DNA of 64,000 bases from Candidatus Latescibacterota bacterium. Lineage in GTDB: Bacteria; Latescibacterota; UBA2968. The DNA lies in contig OZ242195.1 of the NCBI GenBank assembly GCA_965205975.1, positions 992,001 to 1,056,000 of the forward strand, given 5' to 3'. The notes under the pieces were generated by a model that saw only the letters and a program-made list of their open reading frames with translations, searched no databases and was not told the DNA's origin. A program made the translations under genes and the position numbers. Shown piece by piece: positions 8,928 to 18,377 of the stretch; the first letter of the stretch is position 1; each line of letters starts with the position of its first letter.

Positions 8928-10451
8928 TGCCAGTGCGAGTTCATAGCACGCCGCTTCCCGATCATTTCGCACAAGGAGATAAGGCGCGGCAAGTGTGGGA
9001 GCGTTCCACGTATGGTTGCTCAGGGCGGGAAAGCGCGCGCGTTCATTGTGTTCATCTGGCGAGGCATCAACGAGGACGACATCGCCCGATTCGGTTTGGA
9101 TGAGCAAGAGATCATCTACCAGAATGAGTTGCCCGTGGCCATAGCGCCCTCGTTTCCATTTTCGCTGTCCGTCTGCGAGATCCAAACATACGAGGACGCC
9201 ATCGTCCAGTCCGTAAATATATCCGTCTTTATAGACCATATTGGCAAATTTGGCTTTGAGACGAGGGCTTTTCCATATCCGTTCGGCAGTAAATTCATCC
9301 TGACCATTTTTCGCAATTTGAATCAATTCACCGCCAATGCCATAACCTGTTGATACAAAGATGCTGTCTCCGGGCAGTGGAATGGGTTGGGCAACGTGTT
9401 GCGTCATCCCACCAGTCCAGGGATATTCCCATAGCAACTTGCCGGAAATTGGATCGTGACCCGCGACTTGCCCCCTGTTAAAGATGAGTACTTGATCCAT
9501 TCCCGCTATGGCGGTTAAACTCGGCGAGCTATGACCCGCTCTTGCACGGCCACCTCCCCAAATAATATCACCGGTTTCGCGGTGGTATGCCATCAGCGAT
9601 TGTTCGTTTTGCCCGCCCGGACTTACGATTACCTTGTCGTCTAAAACGAGGGGTGAACCACTCATGCCCCATTCTTTAACGCGCGCATCGGTTTCTTTCA
9701 CGGTATCGCGCGACCAGATTTCTCGACCGGTTTCCAAATCGAGACAGGTGAGAATGCCGGTTGCCCCAAAAGAATAAACGCGGTTGCCCGATATGGTGGG
9801 CGTGGCTCGTGGACCAATTCCGGCAATCGCGGTTTCATATCGCGCAGGCGCGCTGTGACGCCATTTCTCTTTTCCGGTTAAGAGATCGTAACAAGCTATG
9901 GTTTCGTCTTCGCCTTGTTGCTCTTGAGTCACAGCGGAGCGTCCAACAACGGCAAAGGCGGAAAAGGCTTCACCAACGGGTACGCGCCAGAGTAATTTGG
10001 GTGGATTTTGATCCCAGTCAGATTCCAGTTTTATTCCATCGAGGATGGCGTTGCGGTGTGGTCCCAAAAATTGAGGGTAGTCTATGTCGGGGCCGTCTGA
10101 AGACTGTCCCGGCATAGATATAGATGTAACAGAAGACCAGCGCCACGCTATCTTGGGAGCCAGATCGCCCGTAAAGCCGCGAATTTGGAATAATGAAACC
10201 GCCAGGATGACCAGGAGTATAAGAATACCCAGACCCCGCAGGCGAATTGTTCGACTCGTTCGAGAAAAAGCAAAGAACCAGAGACAGAGTAAAATAGAGC
10301 CGATTGAGCAGAAGAGTATTGTCGGCATAACCTGCATCTGGCGGTTTGGCCTGTCGGGAATCCATATCGCAGATAATACAATGAGCATTAACGCACCGAT
10401 CGCGATCGCGGGCCACCATCGAATGGGTTTGGGATAAAGAGGAGCAGGCAT
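8907..10451 (-). CDS. PQQ-like beta-propeller (BamB-like) protein with N-terminal TM segments
   Basis: YPQFLGPHRN, GPRATP, SSP and repeated GxxxW propeller motifs. Confidence 0.85.
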   Translation of the reverse strand: MPAPLYPKPIRWWPAIAIGALMLIVLSAIWIPDRPNRQMQVMPTILFCSIGSILLCLWFFAFSRTSRTIRLRGLGILILLVILAVSLFQIRGFTGDLAPKIAWRWSSVTSISMPGQSSDGPDIDYPQFLGPHRNAILDGIKLESDWDQNPPKLLWRVPVGEAFSAFAVVGRSAVTQEQQGEDETIACYDLLTGKEKWRHSAPARYETAIAGIGPRATPTISGNRVYSFGATGILTCLDLETGREIWSRDTVKETDARVKEWGMSGSPLVLDDKVIVSPGGQNEQSLMAYHRETGDIIWGGGRARAGHSSPSLTAIAGMDQVLIFNRGQVAGHDPISGKLLWEYPWTGGMTQHVAQPIPLPGDSIFVSTGYGIGGELIQIAKNGQDEFTAERIWKSPRLKAKFANMVYKDGYIYGLDDGVLVCLDLADGQRKWKRGRYGHGQLILVDDLLLIQTESGDVVLVDASPDEHNERARFPALSNHTWNAPTLAAPYLLVRNDREAACYELALANRRIDE

Positions 10452-10523
10452 AAAATTCCTTTTTCAAGTGGTCTGTGGTTAGTTCATCGACCTTCATCCC
10501 CAACGTAAACAAAAAAGAAAGGT

Positions 10524-10552
10524 TTGACAACCCTTCATTAAACGGATATTTT
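10524..10552 (+). promoter_or_regulatory. sigma70-type promoter
   Basis: TTGACA-17bp-TATTTT, 45 bp upstream of ATG 10598. Confidence 0.6.
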
Positions 10553-10597
10553 ACATTTCTGAATTGTAAAATATCACATCACAGAAAGGAGTTTGCG

Positions 10598-11911
10598 ATG
10601 AAGAAATGGCTTTGGGTTTTAATGGGTTTTTGTTTGATCCCAATTCTGGTTCAGGCAAAACACCATGCGGCGAAGGAAACACACAACTGGCCCCACTTGC
10701 GGGGACCAAACGTAAATGGACTCGTGGATACGGGCAATCCCCCCGTGGAATGGAGCGAAGAGACCAATATCCGATGGAAAGCAAAAATTCCAGGTACGGG
10801 CTACGCCACGCCTATTGTATGGGGCGATAAAATTTTTGTCCAGACGGCGGTTAAGACCGACAAAACCGTAGCAGTTGCCCAGAATGCCAGAAAGCCTTTG
10901 CCCACTCATATCTATCAATTTAAGCTGCTTGCACTGGATCGCAAAAACGGCAATGTGGTGTGGGAAAAGACCGTAAACGAGGCGCTGCCCCACGAAGGCA
11001 CTCACAAAACGGCTAATTATGCTGCCACATCGGGTGTTACAGATGGCGAACACCTGTACGCATTTTACGGTTCCTGGGGCTTGTATTGCTTTGATTTCGA
11101 CGGCAATTTGAAATGGGATAAGGATCTGGGCGATCAGAGAATTGCAGGTACTTTTGGAGAAGGCACATCGCCGACGATTCACGGCAATACGCTGATTATC
11201 AACTGGGACCATCAGGGCGATTCGTTTATTGTCGCGCTGGACAAACGCACGGGTGAGGAAATCTGGCGCACGGCGCGACGGGAAAGAACGTCGTGGAGCA
11301 CGCCCATTGTTGTGGAACACAAGGGTACGCAACAGATTATTGTGAGCGCGAGCGGAAAGACCCGAAGTTACGATCTGAAAACTGGCGATGTCTTGTGGGA
11401 ATGCGCGGGACTGGGGTCAAATGTCATTCCTACACCCATCCATGCCGATGGCATCGTCTATGTCACAAGTGGCCATAGAGACCCGGCCATGCAGGCGATT
11501 TCACTCGACAAAGCCAAAGGCGATATCACGGGTACAGATGCCGTGCTTTGGACTGTTACTGGTAACTACACCCCTTATGTTTCCTCGCCTCTTCTTTCCG
11601 GGAACAATATCTACAGCATGAGAAAAACTTCTAACATTTTGTTCTGTTTCAATGCCAAAACAGGCGAAACAGTTTTCGGCCCCGTGCGACTTCAGGGCGT
11701 GAATCCCATATACTCTCCGCTGGTTGGTACAAGCGACCGCATTTACCTCGCTGGGCTTAGCGGTAAGACATATGTGATCAAGAACGGCAGCGAATTTGAA
11801 GTGCTCGCGCAAAACCAACTTGACGAAGGCACGGGTGCATCGCCTGTTATTGTGGGCGATGAGTTGTATTTGCGCGGCAGTGAACACCTGTATTGTATTG
11901 CGGCAAATTAA
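10598..11911 (+). CDS. Secreted PQQ-like beta-propeller protein
   Basis: Signal peptide MKKWLW.., NWPHLRGP, PVEWSEETNIRWK, WSTP; RBS AAGGAG. Confidence 0.87.
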   Translation: MKKWLWVLMGFCLIPILVQAKHHAAKETHNWPHLRGPNVNGLVDTGNPPVEWSEETNIRWKAKIPGTGYATPIVWGDKIFVQTAVKTDKTVAVAQNARKPLPTHIYQFKLLALDRKNGNVVWEKTVNEALPHEGTHKTANYAATSGVTDGEHLYAFYGSWGLYCFDFDGNLKWDKDLGDQRIAGTFGEGTSPTIHGNTLIINWDHQGDSFIVALDKRTGEEIWRTARRERTSWSTPIVVEHKGTQQIIVSASGKTRSYDLKTGDVLWECAGLGSNVIPTPIHADGIVYVTSGHRDPAMQAISLDKAKGDITGTDAVLWTVTGNYTPYVSSPLLSGNNIYSMRKTSNILFCFNAKTGETVFGPVRLQGVNPIYSPLVGTSDRIYLAGLSGKTYVIKNGSEFEVLAQNQLDEGTGASPVIVGDELYLRGSEHLYCIAAN

Positions 11912-11923
11912 AAGAGGATAGCT

Positions 11924-12874
11924 ATGCGGCACAAAGCATTACTCATCTTTGCGGTAGCTTTGTTCATCGGGTGTGGCGCGCCTCAGGATCGGGAGGATAA
12001 ATTTCTCAGCGTGGGCACTGCGCCGCCCGGTGGGGCGTTTTTTGTCGTGGGGGGTGCGATTGCCCAGGTTGTCAACGATCACATGCCCTGGGAGGTTTCT
12101 GCCGAGGCGACCAAAGGTACGCAGGAGAATATTCGCCGCCTTTCGAGTGGAGAATTGGATTTTGCGTTGGCCAATGCCGCCATTTCCTATTTTGCCGTGC
12201 GCGGAGAAGGTGCGTGGGGAGAGAAACAGAATATCAATGCTGTTATGACATTGGCGCCGAATGTCGCGCTTTTTATTGCGCCCCAAAGCGCGGGTGTCAA
12301 TGGTCTGGGCGATCTCAAGGGCAAGCGCGTTGTCGTTGGGCCAGCAGGGGCGGGTTTTGAGTATTTCTTAAGACCCATCCTGAACGCGCACGGGGTCACT
12401 TATGACGATTTTACACCGCTTCACAATACGCAGGCGGGAACGGTTGATATGCTCGCCGACGGATCGGCTGCTGCGGCTTTTTTAGGGGGGGCAGTGCCCA
12501 CGGCCTCGATTACCCAGGCCAGCGCGTCTCAGGATATTTATTTTATTCCCTACGATGAATCGGCCAAACAAAGCCTTTTTGAGACCTATCCCTTCTTTTT
12601 TGCCGCAACCATTCCCGCCGGTACCTACCGGGGGCAAGCAGAAGATTTTGCCGGGATGAATGTCGGTTCTATGCATCTCATCACGCGGGCGAGTTTGAGT
12701 GAGGATACGGTTTACAATTTTACCAAAACGCTCTATGAACGCCGTGAGGAAGTCGTAAAAAAACACCCGGCGGGCAGGGCGATAAATCCCAAGAATATCG
12801 TTCGGGACACGGGTACGCCTTTTCATCCGGGTGCGATAAAATACTTCAAAGAAATTGGTATCTGGAACGAATAG
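11924..12874 (+). CDS. TAXI-family TRAP transporter solute-binding lipoprotein
   Basis: Lipobox FIGC; GTAPPGG.F, TKGTQEN, PFHPGA.KY motifs. Confidence 0.9.
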   Translation: MRHKALLIFAVALFIGCGAPQDREDKFLSVGTAPPGGAFFVVGGAIAQVVNDHMPWEVSAEATKGTQENIRRLSSGELDFALANAAISYFAVRGEGAWGEKQNINAVMTLAPNVALFIAPQSAGVNGLGDLKGKRVVVGPAGAGFEYFLRPILNAHGVTYDDFTPLHNTQAGTVDMLADGSAAAAFLGGAVPTASITQASASQDIYFIPYDESAKQSLFETYPFFFAATIPAGTYRGQAEDFAGMNVGSMHLITRASLSEDTVYNFTKTLYERREEVVKKHPAGRAINPKNIVRDTGTPFHPGAIKYFKEIGIWNE

Positions 12875-12878
12875 ACGC

Positions 12879-14765
12879 ATGACGCGCTTCCATTCCCACC
12901 TGTTTCGCATTCTCTCCGCGCTACTCGGTCTTTTTATTCTGGTCGAAGTCAATTATCCACAACTCTCACCACAAGCCCAGCTTTCGGTTTTTGCCCTGCT
13001 GGGCTTGTGTCTTGTGTTTCTAAAATATCCGATCCATTCCAATAAATCCCTCCAGATCCTCGATTTCTTTTTTTTTCTGGCAGTTATCTTTTGTTTTGGT
13101 TATGTCCTGACCCAAACTGAATCCTTCTTTCAATTTTCCTGGCTCAATGGTCAATCCCTGGGCAATCGCGCGGGACTCGAACACGCGCTCGATCACGTTG
13201 TTGGTCTCATTGGGCTTATCCTGGTCCTCGAAGCCACCCGTCGCGCTATTGGTCTCACCCTGCCCTTGCTCGCACTCGCTTTTCTGATTTATGCAGCTTA
13301 TGGATATATCCTGCCCGACTGGCTCTTTCCCCACCGAGGATATAACTGGGAGCGCATTGTCTCCCAGACCTATCTCCACTCTCAGGGCGTTTTTGGCATC
13401 GCGTTGAAAGTGATGTTTACCTACGTTTTTCTTTTTGTACTTTTTGGCACAGTTCTCGAAGAGACTGGTGCCACGGGATATATTCTGAATACGGCTCGCC
13501 GCATTTTTCGCAATAGCACCGGAGGGCCAGCCAAAGTGGCTGTTATTTCTTCGGGTATGATGGGGTCGCTTTCGGGCAGTGCCGTGGCCAATACAGCGAC
13601 CACTGGCACGTTTACTATTCCGCTGATGCGCTCAACGGGTTTTCGTCCAACTGTGGCTGGCGGCATTGAAGCCGCAGCGAGTTCGGGCGGTGCGCTCGTT
13701 CCGCCGATTATGGGGGCGGGGGCATATATGATGCTTGAGATCGTCGAACCGGCTGTCACGTATTTGGAGATCATCAAAGCCGCTCTTATTCCGGCGATCC
13801 TCTATTACGCGGCTCTTTTGCTGATTGTCCATTTTCACGCCAAACGCATTGGTGCGTCTGCAGGCGATGGAGATGTTCAGGAACGTCCTCCCAGACCCCG
13901 GGGTCTGGTATTTCTCGTCGCTTTTATCACACTTATTGTATTTCTCATTTTGGGATACACGCCTTTTCGCGCCGTGAGTATCGCCCTGCTCTTTGTTCTC
14001 ATTGTCGGTGCGTTCAGCCCCACAACGCGCGTTGGTCCCCGCGCTATGATCCGCTCATTGGAAAAGGCCGCACACGGCGGTGTTTCGCTGATTGCAGCGG
14101 CTTCATGCGTGGGTATTATTATCGGTGTTGTGACGCTTACGGGTATTGGCACAAAACTTCCGAGCACTTTGTTGCCACTGGCGCAGAATAATATCATTCT
14201 GGCACTAATTCTCCTGATGATCTCCACCATTATTCTGGGCATGGGATTGCCTTCTGCTGTGTGTTATCTGCTTATGGCGACTCTGGTGGGACCTGTTCTG
14301 AGCGATCTCGGTATTGTGCCACTGAGCGCGCATCTGTTTATTTTTTATTTTGGCATGATGTCTATGGTTACGCCTCCCGTCGCGTTGGCTGCTTATACGG
14401 CTGCTGCTATTGCAAAGGCGAGTATTATGCAAACTGGCGTTACTGCTTTCCGCTTTGCCCTTGTGGGCTTTGCTTTGCCTTATGCCTTTGTTCTGCATCC
14501 AGAAATTTTGCTCTTGTCCTCTGATATTTTCGCTATAATCGCCAATATCCTCGTTGTCCTGCTCGGTATTTTACCTCTATCAGCCGCTGCGGCCGGGCAT
14601 GCTTTTGCCCCTTTGCCCACTTATCAGCGGATCCTTTTACTCGCCGCAGCCCTTCTCTTGTTCCTCACGCCATCGGGGGATGCCCGCCTTTATTTACAGG
14701 GTATCGCACTGCTCATTGCCGGTGTCATCGCGACCTCAAACTATCGGTCTGCTCATCAGGCCTGA
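12879..14765 (+). CDS. TRAP transporter fused 4TM/12TM permease
   Basis: GGPAKVAV, SGSAVAN, EAAASSGG..PPIMGAGA, GMGLP, TPPVALAA motifs. Confidence 0.92.
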   Translation: MTRFHSHLFRILSALLGLFILVEVNYPQLSPQAQLSVFALLGLCLVFLKYPIHSNKSLQILDFFFFLAVIFCFGYVLTQTESFFQFSWLNGQSLGNRAGLEHALDHVVGLIGLILVLEATRRAIGLTLPLLALAFLIYAAYGYILPDWLFPHRGYNWERIVSQTYLHSQGVFGIALKVMFTYVFLFVLFGTVLEETGATGYILNTARRIFRNSTGGPAKVAVISSGMMGSLSGSAVANTATTGTFTIPLMRSTGFRPTVAGGIEAAASSGGALVPPIMGAGAYMMLEIVEPAVTYLEIIKAALIPAILYYAALLLIVHFHAKRIGASAGDGDVQERPPRPRGLVFLVAFITLIVFLILGYTPFRAVSIALLFVLIVGAFSPTTRVGPRAMIRSLEKAAHGGVSLIAAASCVGIIIGVVTLTGIGTKLPSTLLPLAQNNIILALILLMISTIILGMGLPSAVCYLLMATLVGPVLSDLGIVPLSAHLFIFYFGMMSMVTPPVALAAYTAAAIAKASIMQTGVTAFRFALVGFALPYAFVLHPEILLLSSDIFAIIANILVVLLGILPLSAAAAGHAFAPLPTYQRILLLAAALLLFLTPSGDARLYLQGIALLIAGVIATSNYRSAHQA

Positions 14766-17023
14766 ATGGTCAGATCTTCGAGTCCGGATGATAGAGACAG
14801 AACGGTGCTTTCTTCGGGGCACAGGTTGATTTGCGCCGTTGTGTTTCCCGCAGAAAGTGCAATTTGATTTTCTGATGCAGTTATTGAAAAGTCGGGATCG
14901 CTCTCTCCGGGACCGCGAACAGAGAAAATCGCGGCAATCCGACAGCGTTCTACGCACTCTGTCTCTGCTGTAAGGTGCCATCGCTTTTCGGGCAATTCTT
15001 TATCGAGGGTTGGATAGCCTTTATCTGGCGGTACGGGCCATTCGTCGGTCTGGCTGAGGCGAAGATCTGTTGATCCGAAAAGCTGACCCTTTAGTGAAGC
15101 TCCCTTGCGGTTGGATGTGACAGTCATCGCATCGAGATCAAATTTTTCGAATGCGTGTAGCAACCACTGGAATGTCGATGCTTCGGGGGCTTCCAATTCA
15201 TCGACGAGAATTGTGATCGATGGGCGGATCATCACGAGATGTCGCCTGTATCGGCTCAAAAGGTCTCCGTAAGCGTTTTCGGCTTCGCCGCAGACATAGC
15301 CAAACGGGTGTGTGGTCTTAAAATCGATAATTTCACCGCCACGGTTGCCATCCCGGTTGATCGCCCCTTCGCCATTGACGAGGACGCAGTTGTGTGAAAT
15401 CGAGTGCTGTGCGTATTCGTTGTGAAATGGCGTGCCGTGATGCGGAAAACGAAGGCCACCAGCACATATTAAAGCGCGTCCGCCTTTCATCACTGCAAAA
15501 TCATTCTGGCTCGCATGGCCGTGACTCACACCGCCAAAGGGCGATGATCGGAAGAGTACCATAAAATCACTATCCGGGTGTTCGATATCGCTGTGTAATG
15601 CGCCCCAGCCAACGCCTCGAAAGACGCGGTCTTGTGATACTGTATCTTTATGGGATGGGAGCGGAGTATCTTCAAGTAAAATGCCCAGAAAGGGATCGAT
15701 CTCTGCGGACCGACCTTCAGGGTCGCGCACCTGATCCGCCCAGGCGCGCAGTTGATGATTTTGCAATCTGAGACCGTGAAATTGAAGAAAGGTTCTGGCC
15801 TGTGAGCCGCGAACGGGCTGATCTTCGGTATCGCCAAATGGCATGAGTTCGCCAACTGGAGAAACGACGTAATAAAAAAACCACGGCATGTTCTGATAAT
15901 AGGGTTTTAGCCATATATCGTGTCCGGTCGCCAATTTCCAGGCGTGAAAAGGCATTGTGTCCCGCGAGTTGTAAGACAGGCCATAGGGTACGCCCTGTGC
16001 CCAACCTCCTTCATACCCGGCCCAATGGGGAAAATTTGTCGCAATAAGTTTGAGTGCGTATTCCGCCCATGAAGGCGCGCGTTCGTCTTCGGCACGGGCT
16101 ATGGCGTGTTCGAGTAAAAAACCGGGTAGGCGACCGTTGTGGCTCTCTTCGGGCGTGAATGTATAATCGTGTTTCTCCAGTCTGCGAATCATCTGGTCCG
16201 CCCGCGCGCCGAGCATGCGCGCGACGAGTTCGCGTTCGTCTTCGGTGAAAATATCGTAGATCCAGTCATAGACTTCTGCGCCTGCTCTGAGCAATCCGAG
16301 GCCGACTTCGTCGCCATAAGGCGCGAGAATAGAGGATATGCCCTCCACATCCCACTGTGCGGCGTCAACAATAAAGCGCCGTGCGGCTTCGCCATATCGC
16401 TTTTCCCCAGTGAGTAAATAAAAGAGGGCGAGTGTTCGCATGCCTTCATCGTGATATTTTCGCATGGTGCCAAAACACGCGACATAAGCCAGCCTGCGTT
16501 CGGAGGGGTCTTCAATCTGGTCGTATGTCGGCTCTGATGGTAGTTCGAGTGTGAGCGCGTGGTCGGCGTCGTTTCTCAGTGCTTCGAATGCTTCGGATCG
16601 AGTCGATGTTAGCGAGCGTCGCACATCTTTTAGGTCAGATGCAAGAAAGAAGAGACGCGGGCGTTCTTTTGGGACGTTTGCCAGCAGTGTAGCGGCGTCT
16701 GGATGAGGTTGTTCGGCAGCGCAATCGGCAATTTCAAAAGATCGGCATTCCGAGCGCGCTCGAACCGCGCCATTTACAACGGCTTGCACATGCCATTCGT
16801 AAGTTCCGGGTGCAAAAACGCAATCTGGATGGTGTATGGGATCGGAGAGCAGGGGAGATTCGTAGTAGGATTTTCCAGCGCGTGCGACAATGACGCGATA
16901 TTGACATGCACCCCGATCAGCAGCCCGCCACCAGCTAAATCCGGGGGGTGAGAGTGTGAGCGTTTCACCATTAAGCGGACGGATATAATTGGCGCGCGGC
17001 GGACGAATTGATGGAAATTTCAT
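14756..17023 (-). CDS. Heparinase II/III-like oligosaccharide lyase (DUF4962-type N-terminus)
   Basis: GGWAQG..Y, PFGD, SHGHASQN, HNCVLVNG, WLLH motifs. Confidence 0.75.
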   Translation of the reverse strand: MKFPSIRPPRANYIRPLNGETLTLSPPGFSWWRAADRGACQYRVIVARAGKSYYESPLLSDPIHHPDCVFAPGTYEWHVQAVVNGAVRARSECRSFEIADCAAEQPHPDAATLLANVPKERPRLFFLASDLKDVRRSLTSTRSEAFEALRNDADHALTLELPSEPTYDQIEDPSERRLAYVACFGTMRKYHDEGMRTLALFYLLTGEKRYGEAARRFIVDAAQWDVEGISSILAPYGDEVGLGLLRAGAEVYDWIYDIFTEDERELVARMLGARADQMIRRLEKHDYTFTPEESHNGRLPGFLLEHAIARAEDERAPSWAEYALKLIATNFPHWAGYEGGWAQGVPYGLSYNSRDTMPFHAWKLATGHDIWLKPYYQNMPWFFYYVVSPVGELMPFGDTEDQPVRGSQARTFLQFHGLRLQNHQLRAWADQVRDPEGRSAEIDPFLGILLEDTPLPSHKDTVSQDRVFRGVGWGALHSDIEHPDSDFMVLFRSSPFGGVSHGHASQNDFAVMKGGRALICAGGLRFPHHGTPFHNEYAQHSISHNCVLVNGEGAINRDGNRGGEIIDFKTTHPFGYVCGEAENAYGDLLSRYRRHLVMIRPSITILVDELEAPEASTFQWLLHAFEKFDLDAMTVTSNRKGASLKGQLFGSTDLRLSQTDEWPVPPDKGYPTLDKELPEKRWHLTAETECVERCRIAAIFSVRGPGESDPDFSITASENQIALSAGNTTAQINLCPEESTVLSLSSGLEDLTIQA

Positions 17024-17042
17024 ATTTATATCCTTTCTGTTT

Positions 17043-18203
17043 TTAAGACCACAATTCCGTGCTATCGGGCAGGTGTTTTAATATTTCTTCTTCGTCTAAT
17101 TCAATGCCCAGTCCGGGACCCTCTGGCACGGTGATGTATCCATTTTGTATCGGATTTTTGATATTCAACATCGTTGACCAGAGCGGGATATTGGCGGAGT
17201 GATATTCCAGAGCCAGGAAGTTGGGTATGGTGGAACAGATGTGTACGGCGGCTATGCCAGCTACTGTGCTCGCCATATAATGCGGTGCGATTGACATGTG
17301 ATACATTTCTGCCAGTTCTGCGATGCGCCGCGTTTCTATGGCACCACCACTGCGCGGTATGTCGGGTTCGAGCAGGTCGCACGCGCCTTTTTCCATGAGT
17401 TCTCGAAATAGCTTTGCGCCGTAAAAGATTTCGCCGGTGCAAATCGGCGTTTCTGTTTGCATACAAATTTTTGCCAGGGCATCTACGTTACCCCATTCCC
17501 ACCGAATGGGGTCTTCCAACCACAATAAGTCGAGGTGTTCCACGTCTTTGCATATCCGCAGACCATCAACCGCGTTAAACGATCCGTGCAGGTCAATCGA
17601 CAAATCGATATACGGTCCGATTGCATCGCGCAACGCTTCAATGGTCGTTACAATATGTTCGTGTTGCCGCCGTCCGACAGACCGGTCGTACACATCCATT
17701 TTCCAGGGGTTGGGTACGTCCAGATCGAATTTTAGGGCTGTAAATCCTTCGGCAACGCGCTCTTTTGCCCGCGCCACATAGCTCGATGTTTCATATACGG
17801 GGTCTAATTCACCCGATGCGCGTACTTCAGCCCAGCGTCGATCATAGTCTTCTTTTGTCCAGTACGCGCCCGAATGGCAATCGCAATACATTCGCACCTT
17901 GTCGCGGAGCTTTCCTCCCAGGAGATCGCACATCGGTACGCCCAGTGCTTTGCCTTTAATATCCCACAGTGCGATTTCCACTCCAGCACCTGCGCCCTGC
18001 ATGCGCCACAGATGATCGTGATGTAATTGGTTCACATTGGTCGGGTCTTGTCCAATAAGGGTATTTTTCAATTGATCAACTGATTGTCCTCCGCGCCATT
18101 CCCCCAATCCATCAATGCCTTCTTCTGTGATGATTTTCAATAACGACCAGTGCCGGCAGGCAGCCCCCAAAGAGGGTGTTTTTTTTATATCTACGATTTT
18201 CAT
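17043..18203 (-). CDS. Mandelate racemase/enolase-superfamily dehydratase
   Basis: EIALWDIKGK..LLGG, KFD, DLHG, WLEDP, TGE, PGLGIE. Confidence 0.9.
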   Translation of the reverse strand: MKIVDIKKTPSLGAACRHWSLLKIITEEGIDGLGEWRGGQSVDQLKNTLIGQDPTNVNQLHHDHLWRMQGAGAGVEIALWDIKGKALGVPMCDLLGGKLRDKVRMYCDCHSGAYWTKEDYDRRWAEVRASGELDPVYETSSYVARAKERVAEGFTALKFDLDVPNPWKMDVYDRSVGRRQHEHIVTTIEALRDAIGPYIDLSIDLHGSFNAVDGLRICKDVEHLDLLWLEDPIRWEWGNVDALAKICMQTETPICTGEIFYGAKLFRELMEKGACDLLEPDIPRSGGAIETRRIAELAEMYHMSIAPHYMASTVAGIAAVHICSTIPNFLALEYHSANIPLWSTMLNIKNPIQNGYITVPEGPGLGIELDEEEILKHLPDSTELWS

Positions 18204-18215
18204 GTTACCTCCTAA

Positions 18216-18368
18216 CTGATGTTACGCATGTCTGTGGTTTTGTCATGCTGAGCGGAGTGAAACGGAGCCGAAGCATCTTTACCACCTGCGTTGGTCGTAG
18301 ATTTTTCGACTCCGCTGCGCTCCGCTCAAAATGACAGGCCATTATATTGTGCAGATGCGTAATATCAA
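18216..18368. mobile_element. MITE-like element with imperfect terminal inverted repeats and internal palindrome
   Basis: Ends CTGATGTTACGCAT / ATGCGTAATATCAA (12/14 inverted match); flanked by CTCCTAA direct repeats; internal TGTCATGCTGAGCGGAG...CTCCGCTCAAAATGACA stem at 18241-18336. Confidence 0.75.
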
Positions 18369-18377
18369 CTCCTAATA

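Noticed and set aside
12020..12043. GC hairpin plus T-run resembling a terminator
   Set aside because: Encodes the conserved APPGGAFF motif inside the TAXI gene
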